This document shows, one piece after another, positions 55,873-64,000 of a DNA stretch of 64,000 nucleotides. Location: positions 11,240-75,239 of the IMG/VR virus record IMGVR_UViG_3300005529_000029. One strand, given 5' to 3'. The position numbers and the translations under genes are program-made. The DNA comes from a virus. Under the pieces are notes generated by a model. The model saw only the letters and a program-made list of their open reading frames with translations, was not told where the DNA came from and did no database searches. Positions within the stretch are counted from its first letter, which is position 1. The number at the start of each line of letters is the position of its first letter.

Positions 55873-56797
55873 GACACCTAATCTTGGAAATTGCAAAAAA
55901 TGTGGGATATCTGTATTTGGAAAAAGGCCAGATGCTCAGTATTGCTCTGACCATTGTTATAATAGACGGAGCACTTTTCCGGACAAAGAACGTCACTGCA
56001 AAGAATGTGGGACGGTTTTTCCCATTGTCAACCTATCGGATGCAAATCGCAGATATTGCTCTGGCGCTTGTGCAAAGAGAGCAACCACGAAACAAGTTAA
56101 ACAGTGGACAGAAGATCATCCAGAAGCAATGAGAGAATATAATTCTAATCGAGTAGCTAAGAATCCTGGAGCTTGGATAGAGAAATCAAAAAGAGGCCGG
56201 GCAGAATCTCTCAAATTGCTAGGTGGCAAATGTATCGTATGCGGTGTCGATAATCCAGTTTGGCTGCATATTGATTTTATTCCCACAACTCGTAATGTTC
56301 CATATAGACATTCTCGAGGAGTTGGCTACATTCGAAGAAATCTTCACCTGTTTAGACTTCTCTGCGCAAACCATCATTACGAATTAACACTAACTGGAAA
56401 AATCGAGGGCACGAACATTACACAACCCTTGAAACAAGATTCCAAAGAAAAATCAGCATCTTGGGCTTCGTTGGTCGGGATCCTGAAGTTCATTATACGG
56501 CGCAAGGTACAGCAGTCTGTGACTTCTCAATCGCCACAACTGAGAAAAGGCGTGATTCTAGTGGCGATCAACAGGATATTACCACGTGGTTTCGGGTTAG
56601 TTTCTGGGGTAAACAGGCCGAGATTGCTGGTCAGTATCTTGCCAAAGGTAAACAGGTCTACGTCGAAGGTCGTCTCTCGCAGAAAGAGTGGACGGATCGC
56701 GATGGCAATAAACGGACTTCGCTCGAAGTCAGCGGGACTGATATTCACTTCATCGGGACTCGTGGCGATGATTCCAAACCTCAACCGTCATCTTTAG
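55865..56797 (+). CDS. Zinc-finger / HNH-like endonuclease (C-terminal ~115 aa probably spurious overlap with ssb)
   Basis: CKKC, YCSDHC, CKEC, YCSGAC; LGGKCIVCG...LHIDFI...LLCANHH. Confidence 0.65.
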   Translation: MPKTPNLGNCKKCGISVFGKRPDAQYCSDHCYNRRSTFPDKERHCKECGTVFPIVNLSDANRRYCSGACAKRATTKQVKQWTEDHPEAMREYNSNRVAKNPGAWIEKSKRGRAESLKLLGGKCIVCGVDNPVWLHIDFIPTTRNVPYRHSRGVGYIRRNLHLFRLLCANHHYELTLTGKIEGTNITQPLKQDSKEKSASWASLVGILKFIIRRKVQQSVTSQSPQLRKGVILVAINRILPRGFGLVSGVNRPRLLVSILPKVNRSTSKVVSRRKSGRIAMAINGLRSKSAGLIFTSSGLVAMIPNLNRHL

Positions 56798-56859
56798 GCC
56801 GAGCCATGGCAGCATCATCCTCAACAGACAGTCCGGCTGATGATGACATCCCGTTCTAA
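56440..56859 (+). CDS. ssb: Single-stranded DNA-binding protein (no ATG start; see findings)
   Basis: FQRKISILGFVGRDPE, TTWFRV, YLAKGKQVYVEGRL, C-terminal DDDIPF. Confidence 0.9.
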   Translation, partial: FQRKISILGFVGRDPEVHYTAQGTAVCDFSIATTEKRRDSSGDQQDITTWFRVSFWGKQAEIAGQYLAKGKQVYVEGRLSQKEWTDRDGNKRTSLEVSGTDIHFIGTRGDDSKPQPSSLGRAMAASSSTDSPADDDIPF

Positions 56860-56870
56860 AAAGGAGAATT

Positions 56871-57536
56871 ATGGGTGAGAACAGCAAAATTGAATGGACT
56901 GATCATACCTTTAATCCCTGGTTAGGCTGTACCAAAATTTCGCCAGCCTGCACAAATTGCTATGCGGAATCCTGGGCAAAACGAAGTGGACTCGTCATAT
57001 GGGGAGAGAATAACGAGAGACGTAGAACATCAGAGTCTTACTGGAAGCAACCTATAAAGTGGAATGTAGAAGCTGAAGAATTAGGAATACGTCGCCGCGT
57101 ATTTTGTGCCTCACTTGCTGATGTGTTCGAGCCTCGCTCGGATCTAATCAGTTGGCGACTCCAATTGCTCGATCTTATCCGACGAACGCCTTACCTCGAT
57201 TGGTTACTCTTGACCAAGCGTCCCGAATGGATAATGCAGTTGTTATTTGCGAGTATCGAGACAGTGCAATGTGACGATGACAGGTACGACGACACCATTA
57301 TCTGGATCAGGAATTGGCTAGACCAACGACCTCCACAAAACATCTGGCTCGGTACTACCGTCGAAAATCAGGAGATGGCCGCTAAACGGATTCCTTCACT
57401 CCTGAAGATGCCAGCCACAATACGATTCCTTTCCTGCGAGCCATTGTTAGGTCCAATCAATTTTCAGCAATGGTTGGCAAGAAAGCCGCTGGCCGCAATC
57501 TTGATAGATATACATGGGATCAAATTCCAATTATAG
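56871..57536 (+). CDS. DUF5131 / phage Gp37-Gp68 family protein
   Basis: SKIEWTDHTFNPWLGCTKISPACTNCYAE, LLTKRPE, FLSCEPLLG. Confidence 0.9.
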   Translation: MGENSKIEWTDHTFNPWLGCTKISPACTNCYAESWAKRSGLVIWGENNERRRTSESYWKQPIKWNVEAEELGIRRRVFCASLADVFEPRSDLISWRLQLLDLIRRTPYLDWLLLTKRPEWIMQLLFASIETVQCDDDRYDDTIIWIRNWLDQRPPQNIWLGTTVENQEMAAKRIPSLLKMPATIRFLSCEPLLGPINFQQWLARKPLAAILIDIHGIKFQL

Positions 57537-57542
57537 GAGGCA

Positions 57543-58010
57543 GTGATAATGGGTCATAAACGAACGATCACTCGATCAAAGGCTATTGCAATAGCAAATG
57601 AACGCCAGGCTAGTCAGGCCTATATCAAACAGCTTGAACAGCAAAATCAAATTCTCGCATCGACCATTAATAGTCGATTGGCTCTTCTTGCCTGTCTTAC
57701 TGAGATACTCGGTGGCGAAGCCAAAATCCAATCTGATTACCTGGATCAGATGATGGCTGAGCTGATGAGCGGCAAGAAGAAACTTAACTCGATCGCTATC
57801 AAAGAAGGTGGTAGCGAAATTCCCACCCATCTCATTTTGGAACTCGCTGAAGGAATCGAACTCACAAGCGAAGAACCAGAAAAAGCAAAACCATATTTAA
57901 CTTTAGTTAGCAAGGAGAATGACGAATGCAAACCATCGGACCAAACAAATATCGAGTCGAACTCAAATCAGATCGAGACCTCAGAGCAGACATCCCAAGA
58001 ACGATTATAA
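57543..58010 (+). CDS. Hypothetical protein
   Basis: AGGAGG RBS. Confidence 0.7.
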   Translation: MIMGHKRTITRSKAIAIANERQASQAYIKQLEQQNQILASTINSRLALLACLTEILGGEAKIQSDYLDQMMAELMSGKKKLNSIAIKEGGSEIPTHLILELAEGIELTSEEPEKAKPYLTLVSKENDECKPSDQTNIESNSNQIETSEQTSQERL

Positions 58011-58225
58011 GAAATATCGCACATGCCGGACCAGAATCGGGATTCGATGTTTCGTTTCGTAAAAAGAAACTCGTCATTACGTATCCTGGCAGTAGGGGAA
58101 CGTTATGTGATGGCCGTTTCCGTCTCACTCGGGACGATCTAACGAAACTCCATAAAGCCTCAATTCGGTTTATTGAAATTGAATATCAGCGAAACAAAGA
58201 TCGCATCATCGTCACAGGAGTTTAA
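57926..58225 (+). CDS. Hypothetical protein
   Basis: AAGGAG RBS; overlaps the previous gene. Confidence 0.55.
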   Translation: MQTIGPNKYRVELKSDRDLRADIPRTIIRNIAHAGPESGFDVSFRKKKLVITYPGSRGTLCDGRFRLTRDDLTKLHKASIRFIEIEYQRNKDRIIVTGV

Positions 58226-58234
58226 GCGAAACCT

Positions 58235-58837
58235 ATGGATTATTCATTTCGGCCAATTCAGAAGTGGCCAGGAGAACAGCACAAGGTCCGGAAGGCTTCA
58301 AGATTCCAGGCTACCTATGGACAGACTCTTAACCTTCTGGAAAAGGAGTTAAAGCATCTCGGCGCCTTCAGAGTTGTTTTCCAGGTAGCACTCACAGAAG
58401 ACCAAATACGTCACGATGGTCGACCGAAATCAACTGCAAGAGCAACTCATCCCGGAGTAATCGTCTCATTTGAGAGTAATCGTATTGGCCCGCACTCCTT
58501 TCCCTGCGATACCTATAAAACGTGGGAGGACAATCTTCGGGCAATTGCTCTATCGCTTCAAGCGCTGCGAACCGTCGACCGTTATGGTGTAACGAAACGA
58601 GGAGAGCAATATACAGGCTGGAAGGCATTACCAGAATCCAGCAACTCATCAGAGACAGCGGCAAAACTCCTATCACACTTATCAGGTATTTCCATCGAAG
58701 GGATTCTCAAAGACGAATCGCTGCGAGACCGCGCCTATAAGATTGCAGCCAGCAAAACCCATCCCGATCTTCATCCGGATAAACAGGAAGTATTTATCAA
58801 AGTAAACGAGGCAGTAACTCTTCTTCGACAAAATTAG
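58235..58837 (+). CDS. Phage protein with C-terminal J-domain
   Basis: NLRAIALSLQALRTVDRYGV...QYTGWKALP; YKIAASKTHPD. Confidence 0.8.
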   Translation: MDYSFRPIQKWPGEQHKVRKASRFQATYGQTLNLLEKELKHLGAFRVVFQVALTEDQIRHDGRPKSTARATHPGVIVSFESNRIGPHSFPCDTYKTWEDNLRAIALSLQALRTVDRYGVTKRGEQYTGWKALPESSNSSETAAKLLSHLSGISIEGILKDESLRDRAYKIAASKTHPDLHPDKQEVFIKVNEAVTLLRQN

Positions 58838-58847
58838 GGGAAATCAA

Positions 58848-59273
58848 ATGGATAAACCACTTCTTGCCTTAACGCTTTGGCAACCGATGGCCTGGGCGAT
58901 ATTCGATACTCGATTTCCGAAGGATGTAGAGAACCGCGATTGGCCGACAAAATTGCGTGGAACTATTGCAATCCACGCTGCCAAGAACGAGCCGAAAAAT
59001 GATTTCTACGCTTACAAGGCATTTATTAAAGACACCTTCCCAGAGATTGAGTTTCCCTCGTCGTATGATCGAGGAGCAATTCTAGGTCTGGTCGATATTG
59101 TCGACTGCATGACTTCACACTCATCACGCTGGTTTGTCGGAACATACGGCTTTGTTCTGGCTAATCCACGCAAACTCGAATCGCCAATTCCCTGTCGGGG
59201 ATACCAAACCTTCTGGCAGGTACCAATTCACATTAAAGAGCTGATCCAGCATCAACTCAAAATAGCAGCATAA
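58848..59273 (+). CDS. ASCH-domain protein
   Basis: ALTLWQPMAW...KDVENRDW...RGTIAIHA. Confidence 0.9.
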   Translation: MDKPLLALTLWQPMAWAIFDTRFPKDVENRDWPTKLRGTIAIHAAKNEPKNDFYAYKAFIKDTFPEIEFPSSYDRGAILGLVDIVDCMTSHSSRWFVGTYGFVLANPRKLESPIPCRGYQTFWQVPIHIKELIQHQLKIAA

Positions 59274-59301
59274 ATTAAAAGAAAGGAAACGTAACTAACC
59301 T

Positions 59302-59751
59302 ATGTCCGCACAAATTGCAGAGGTAGCAACTCCACTAATTCCTGCACAGACACGAGTTACCCACATTTCACTTAAGCGTGTATGGAATCTCGGAAATTAC
59401 GAAAATCGTCAGCTAGAATGTAGTGTTGAAATCGCTCCTGGCGACAATGCCGGCGCCGTTCTCCAAACACTAGAAAACATCTTCACTGATCTTTACGCAA
59501 AACCAGTCGCGTCAGAATACACACTGGCACAGGCTCGAACGCAACTCGCTCAATTTGAGCAACAGGAAGAACCATTCACCGAGGCTCAGAAAAAGAAGAT
59601 TGCCGAGTTAAAAGCAACCTTATCTGAGCATGAGGCAGTCCTTCAAAAACGCCAAAACGCTAGAGACGCTCTCTCAACTCTTAATTACACCGAATCCCAT
59701 ATCGACCATAAAGACACGTGGGACTCGCCAGATGATTATGTCGGAAATTAA
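59302..59751 (+). CDS. Hypothetical protein
   Basis: NLGNYEN motif; AAGGA RBS. Confidence 0.75.
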   Translation: MSAQIAEVATPLIPAQTRVTHISLKRVWNLGNYENRQLECSVEIAPGDNAGAVLQTLENIFTDLYAKPVASEYTLAQARTQLAQFEQQEEPFTEAQKKKIAELKATLSEHEAVLQKRQNARDALSTLNYTESHIDHKDTWDSPDDYVGN

Positions 59752-60193
59752 TCGCCTGATCATCCATTGCGATGGAGCTTGCGACCGGAACCCAGGTGGT
59801 CTAACCACCTGGGGCTGGTCCGCTTCTCTCAATGGAAAAGAGATCAAGATTGGATATGGCTCTCTTGGCCGTGGCCCAATGATGTCCAGTGTAGTTGGTG
59901 AATTTACCGCAGTCATAAATGCGATGCGCTGGGCAAAAGATAATTACTCCGGGCTGATCGAAATCCGATCTGACTCCCGCTTCGTGGTCGACTCTATCAA
60001 TAAGAATTATAACGTTCAGGCACTCAGGGTCGTGAACCTTCACCGCGAAGCCGTCAACCTATTCAAACAACTTATAGCAGCTCGTCTTATCTGGGTTTCC
60101 CGATGGAAGAACAAACGAGCTGATGAATTAACCCGTATCGCATATCGAGAAGCAAAGAAGCTCGAACAAGAGCAAAGGAGAAAAGTATCATGA
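59738..60193 (+). CDS. Ribonuclease HI-family protein
   Basis: CDGACDRNPG, GEFTAV, RSDSRFVV, WVSRWKNKRADEL. Confidence 0.9.
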   Translation: MSEINRLIIHCDGACDRNPGGLTTWGWSASLNGKEIKIGYGSLGRGPMMSSVVGEFTAVINAMRWAKDNYSGLIEIRSDSRFVVDSINKNYNVQALRVVNLHREAVNLFKQLIAARLIWVSRWKNKRADELTRIAYREAKKLEQEQRRKVS

Positions 60194-60807
60194 GTGATGA
60201 AACACGAGAATTACCAGTCGAAATAAGCGAGACCGTAGATGAGGCATTCCGAAACGTCGGACATGTCATTCCATTTTCGTCTTCGAAAGAAGATAACCAC
60301 GAACCAATCAAACCAAAACCTGGTGCGCTGGCGGGATTTCCGAGCAAAATACGCGCGGTCGAGAATATTCCTGGCGAGATCGAAGAGACACTGAACTCGA
60401 TTCACGAAGTGAATAACCAGTTGAGGACTCTCGAAGAAGAACGCGAGGACATCCACTCACTGCTATCAGCAGAAATAGCCTCGGACAAATCCCTGACTAA
60501 CGACACTCTTCGAAAGGCATCTCTCAAGATGCGGCTAAGTGACCATGTTGCCTATCAACAAAATCTCGATCGGCAGAACCAACTCAACGATCAACGTTCT
60601 CGCCTCTCAAGCAGACTTGAGCGAATCAGAGCCGAATTAAACCTTCATATGGTCAATATTCTCAGCTTTGGTCATAGGTCAGAAGGTATTGCCGGAACCA
60701 TCCAGCCATATGATCCCGCTCAGACGATTATCGATGAGCTTGGGAAGAGCATCGCTCTTCAAGAGTCATTTCGCCGCGCATTAGGTCTCGGTCTGAGTAA
60801 TGTCTAA
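60190..60807 (+). CDS. Hypothetical coiled-coil protein
   Basis: ATGA overlap. Confidence 0.75.
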   Translation: MSDETRELPVEISETVDEAFRNVGHVIPFSSSKEDNHEPIKPKPGALAGFPSKIRAVENIPGEIEETLNSIHEVNNQLRTLEEEREDIHSLLSAEIASDKSLTNDTLRKASLKMRLSDHVAYQQNLDRQNQLNDQRSRLSSRLERIRAELNLHMVNILSFGHRSEGIAGTIQPYDPAQTIIDELGKSIALQESFRRALGLGLSNV

Positions 60808-60823
60808 TTAAAGAAAGGAAACT

Positions 60824-61057
60824 ATGGCTATCGAACAGATGATTCCTGCCAAGCGAACACGCGGGCCACGTAAGTCAACTAATAACCCAGAGATCGACGC
60901 AATACCCGCGATCCTGGCAATCCTCAAGCCTCTTTCTGGTGAAGAACAAGACAAAGTTCTCGCCTGCGTGGAGGCATATCGGCAAAGTGGGATAAAACCC
61001 ATTGCCGAGAATCGCAATCTTTCACCAATGGTCAAAGGTGACAATATTCCGTTCTAG
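60824..61057 (+). CDS. Hypothetical protein
   Basis: AAGGA RBS. Confidence 0.7.
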   Translation: MAIEQMIPAKRTRGPRKSTNNPEIDAIPAILAILKPLSGEEQDKVLACVEAYRQSGIKPIAENRNLSPMVKGDNIPF

Positions 61058-61065
61058 GAACGATC

Positions 61066-61446
61066 ATGGCATCAAATCAGGATCGAATGTCTGCCCAGGA
61101 ATATCGCGCATACCTTGAGACCCATGAAAAGACTGGAAAACGATCAAAGTATCGGTCGAAGAAGGTCAAGGAAAATGGCCGGACATACGATTCTAAGCAC
61201 GAATTTAACCGACATAAAGAAAACCTGAAGCGTGAGGAGCGAGGAGAGATCAGCTCCTTACGCTATCACGTTATCTATCCACTGGAAGTCAATGGCGTTC
61301 TTATAACTGAATACGAAGCAGATTTTGTCTATATGGAAAATGGCAAGCTCATCGTTGAGGACGCCAAGGGCTTTCCCACACCTGAATACGTGATCAAACG
61401 CAATCTCATGAAGGCAATCTATGGAATCGAAATCAGAGAGGTCTAA
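61066..61446 (+). CDS. DUF1064-family PD-(D/E)xK endonuclease
   Basis: SKYR, YDSKHE, YEADFVY, VEDAKG. Confidence 0.9.
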   Translation: MASNQDRMSAQEYRAYLETHEKTGKRSKYRSKKVKENGRTYDSKHEFNRHKENLKREERGEISSLRYHVIYPLEVNGVLITEYEADFVYMENGKLIVEDAKGFPTPEYVIKRNLMKAIYGIEIREV

Positions 61447-61462
61447 TATAGGAGATCATCGG

Positions 61463-61729
61463 ATGAATCAGCATAACCGAATCAGGATGGTCGAACCAAA
61501 CGAGAAACCGCCATTGCAGGAACTACAGGCAAAAGCAGATAAGGCTCGTGGTTTTCTCGATCCCCCAAGACTCGAGAGTGGCAAGCCGCTCCAGCAGGTA
61601 ACTTTCAATTCCCTTCACGGTCGAGACGAATCCGGAAAGCCGACCGAAGCCTTTAGGCGCTCACTTTCCAAGACAACGTATCGGATGTTCCTTCGTCGCA
61701 TTAAGAGCCAGGAACACGATAAATACTGA
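61463..61729 (+). CDS. Hypothetical protein
   Basis: AGGAG RBS. Confidence 0.6.
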   Translation: MNQHNRIRMVEPNEKPPLQELQAKADKARGFLDPPRLESGKPLQQVTFNSLHGRDESGKPTEAFRRSLSKTTYRMFLRRIKSQEHDKY

Positions 61730-61921
61730 AGTCGCTTTCACCAGAAATGGTCAAATCCGACCGTCTGACCGACCGCAGGAATAGGGTGTATTCCCTTCAA
61801 TTCTGACCGTGACTGTTAGTTCTCGGAAATTCCCGTACTCAGATACCCCTGAATCCAACAGAGGTCGTTTAAATCAAAAATCCACAATCTATAACCCTTA
61901 TAAAGAAAGGACGGTGGCAAT

Positions 61922-62266
61922 TTGAAAGACAAACGCGAGATTTATAACTCTCAAATCTCGCATCTCGTAAGTTGTATTTATTCAATCTGTGAACAGCATA
62001 ACATCCCATTCAATGCTGTCTTCGAGGTCTCAGACTTCTCAGCAGGTCTAGCGGAAATACAGGTCTCAGGCTTCTTACCGGCTAATGAAGATGGTCCAGT
62101 AAAAGAGTGCCGCTCGATCCTACTGGAAAATTTCACGGCTGTACCAGGTGACGTCGCAGCAATCGCCTTTCACATTCTGGAACATCACTGTGGAAATCCG
62201 ATGTGTCCGACTGAGAGATTAAAGCGCCAGGCAATGGGACAAACCACAAAAGGAGGCGGCCATTAA
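61922..62266 (+). CDS. Hypothetical protein
   Basis: TTG start after AAGGA. Confidence 0.65.
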   Translation: MKDKREIYNSQISHLVSCIYSICEQHNIPFNAVFEVSDFSAGLAEIQVSGFLPANEDGPVKECRSILLENFTAVPGDVAAIAFHILEHHCGNPMCPTERLKRQAMGQTTKGGGH

Positions 62267-62647
62267 ATGCCAAACCTATTAACCCTCGAAGATCTTCAGA
62301 AGATTCTAAGCCTGATCTCTTATGGCGATGATCACTCAGATTACGCTTTCGAAGCGATCGAGGATAATGAGAATCTATTTATCAGAGCGTTCTACAATGA
62401 ACGCGATGTTGTCACCGGCAAACTGGAAACTCAATACACCCGCAAATGGCATATCGAATATGATAACGAATTAGGTCAGGTCGTTCAGACCGCATTCAAA
62501 TGTGTCTTAACCAGTATCGAACATAGAGTTCGAGAACACTTCCTCTATCGCGGCAGGAATATTTTTGGACCACATTTCGATCTGGATCATCTCTGGGAAT
62601 TGGTCGGGCCACAAAACCATGAGTGCGATGTTGATCAGGCTTCATAA
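62267..62647 (+). CDS. Hypothetical phage protein
   Basis: TRKWHI...VVQTAFKCV...EHRVREHFLYRG..IFGPH. Confidence 0.8.
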   Translation: MPNLLTLEDLQKILSLISYGDDHSDYAFEAIEDNENLFIRAFYNERDVVTGKLETQYTRKWHIEYDNELGQVVQTAFKCVLTSIEHRVREHFLYRGRNIFGPHFDLDHLWELVGPQNHECDVDQAS

Positions 62648-62806
62648 ATGAAGAAACAGAAAGAGAAACCAGACCCAATTTGCCAGGGATTTGATCAGCT
62701 CATAAAAGAGATGAGAGAGTTCCGAAAGAAGATGGAGGCTACGCGCGCAAAGTGGCAAGAACAAGAAAGCCAGCAGAAGAAAAAACGAAATAAGAAAGCG
62801 AGCTAA
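62648..62806 (+). CDS. Small basic hypothetical protein (52 aa)
   Basis: Fills the gap between neighbouring genes exactly. Confidence 0.55.
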   Translation: MKKQKEKPDPICQGFDQLIKEMREFRKKMEATRAKWQEQESQQKKKRNKKAS

Positions 62807-62807
62807 C

Positions 62808-63263
62808 ATGAATTTATTTAATAAACTCTTTGGTCCTCCAGAAGAGATCAATGGTGGCGAGAGATGTCCAACATATCTTTATAGATGGACGCTCTTAAAA
62901 TTCCGAGGACGGGGTATCTATCTCCATCATTTTGTTGCCGATGATTGGAGCCTTGATCTTCATGATCATCCAAAACGATTTATCTCGATTGGTCTAAAGG
63001 GCTGCTATTGGGAAGAGACTCCCTGCCCAGACCCATGTTCTTCAGAGCCACATTCACATCAACGTCTTTTTCGCGCTCCATGGATTCGAACATTCCCAGC
63101 CGACCATATTCACCGCCTATCCGTTCCATCAAGGTCCTGCTGGACTGTGGTAATTGTCCTTAAACCAGTCCGTCAGTGGGGATTCTGGCATAAAGGTAAG
63201 TTCATCCATTGGCGTAGATATATCTCAAGTGAAATCGCAGACAAGATGAAAGCCTGCGATTAA
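62808..63263 (+). CDS. Cupin-like phage protein
   Basis: IYLHHF...LHDHP...HIHRL...WGF. Confidence 0.7.
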   Translation: MNLFNKLFGPPEEINGGERCPTYLYRWTLLKFRGRGIYLHHFVADDWSLDLHDHPKRFISIGLKGCYWEETPCPDPCSSEPHSHQRLFRAPWIRTFPADHIHRLSVPSRSCWTVVIVLKPVRQWGFWHKGKFIHWRRYISSEIADKMKACD

Positions 63264-63274
63264 AGGAACCTATA

Positions 63275-63877
63275 ATGTCTAATAATAAATTATCTCTACC
63301 CGAAAGTGATCTACTCTTACATAAGATCCAGCAGATTGCAGAAAGATTTGGCCATGGATCATCACAACAGCAAACCGCCTTTGAAGGTCTAAGGCAGATC
63401 AGCGAATTAATAAATAGGTCCTTTCCAATTGATATGCTCCTCTTCTGTCCCAACTGTGGAAAGCAGCATATTGATAAGGTCAAACCTGAGCAGAATTGGG
63501 ATAATCCCGCGCACCGTAGTCATCGGTGCGACTTCTGTACTCATATCTGGAGACCCGCAGATATATTTACGAATGGAGTTGAGTCGATCAATACCAAAGG
63601 ACAAGCTGATGGAAGTGCAGTCCCACAACTGAGCGAAAAACTCCAAAGGCTAGAAGCCAGTCTCATGGATAAGATAGATCGTGAGACTGTGCTAACAATG
63701 CTAAATTATGAAATGGGTGATTTGGCTATTGGGATGAAACCACCAGTTCTGTGCCAAAACTTTCTTGCCATCCTATTCGCAGAAATGCTCCAAGATGCGC
63801 CGAATTTCGTGACATCCACAATGACAATTAAGACTGATAAATACGAGTTCACGATAAGACGGAAGATGTCCCGCTGA
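63275..63877 (+). CDS. Hypothetical zinc-binding phage protein
   Basis: LFCPNCGKQHID...HRSHRCDFC. Confidence 0.75.
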   Translation: MSNNKLSLPESDLLLHKIQQIAERFGHGSSQQQTAFEGLRQISELINRSFPIDMLLFCPNCGKQHIDKVKPEQNWDNPAHRSHRCDFCTHIWRPADIFTNGVESINTKGQADGSAVPQLSEKLQRLEASLMDKIDRETVLTMLNYEMGDLAIGMKPPVLCQNFLAILFAEMLQDAPNFVTSTMTIKTDKYEFTIRRKMSR

Positions 63878-64000
63878 CAGTTGAAAGTTAAATAGGTGGC
63901 GGTTCACCTGGCCGATTTTGTAAGATCGGCAAAATCCTAATTTCAGTGAAAGGAAGAACCGCCTATGAAGAAAGTTAACACGAGAACCAAAGGGATCAAA

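Noticed and set aside
42070-58837. Split DnaJ chaperone (Zn-finger gene at 42070 plus J-domain gene at 58235)
   Set aside because: The genes are 16 kb apart and both types are common independently in phages; no evidence of a link.
63944-63953. 10-nt match to the 3' end of spacer 2 (self-targeting)
   Set aside because: Too short and at the PAM-distal end; chance level.
1-64000. Integrase, att site, DNA polymerase, cas1/cas2, reverse transcriptase
   Set aside because: No ORF with the diagnostic motifs was seen. They may lie outside the window, so lifestyle cannot be determined.

Overview
This window is most of the genome of a long-tailed (siphovirus-like) dsDNA phage. The left arm (1-21.5 kb, minus strand) is the late operon: tape measure protein (runs off the left edge), tail assembly chaperone with a -1 frameshift, tail tube, head-tail genes, major capsid, decoration protein, S49 protease/scaffold, portal, terminase, a ParB/DNA-modification pair and lysis genes including a GH19-like endolysin. 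The right arm (21.8-64 kb, plus strand) carries an AraC regulator, a repeat-rich control region, many small early genes, a DnaN clamp, an AAA-ATPase module, RHH-type regulators, a recombinase, lambdoid replication genes with iterons, a DNA methyltransferase, an HNH/SSB pair and RNase H. No integrase or DNA polymerase is visible. DnaN, SSB and the beta-helix protein resemble Acidobacteria proteins (inference from memory, not a search). The main highlights are: (1) a compact type V CRISPR locus with a 547-aa Cas12m-like RuvC effector that keeps a canonical D-E-D triad, a 3-spacer array, no cas1/cas2, and a candidate anti-repeat small RNA whose promoter is built from the truncated last repeat; (2) directly upstream of the effector, a 62-aa gene that copies the N-terminus of the phage's own tape measure protein with mostly synonymous DNA divergence; (3) a roughly 770-nt promoter-to-terminator unit full of nested helices, probably a large structured ncRNA; (4) a tRNA-like cloverleaf ending in CCA in the late-operon leader. 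All family assignments come from motif recognition only; no database searches were run.
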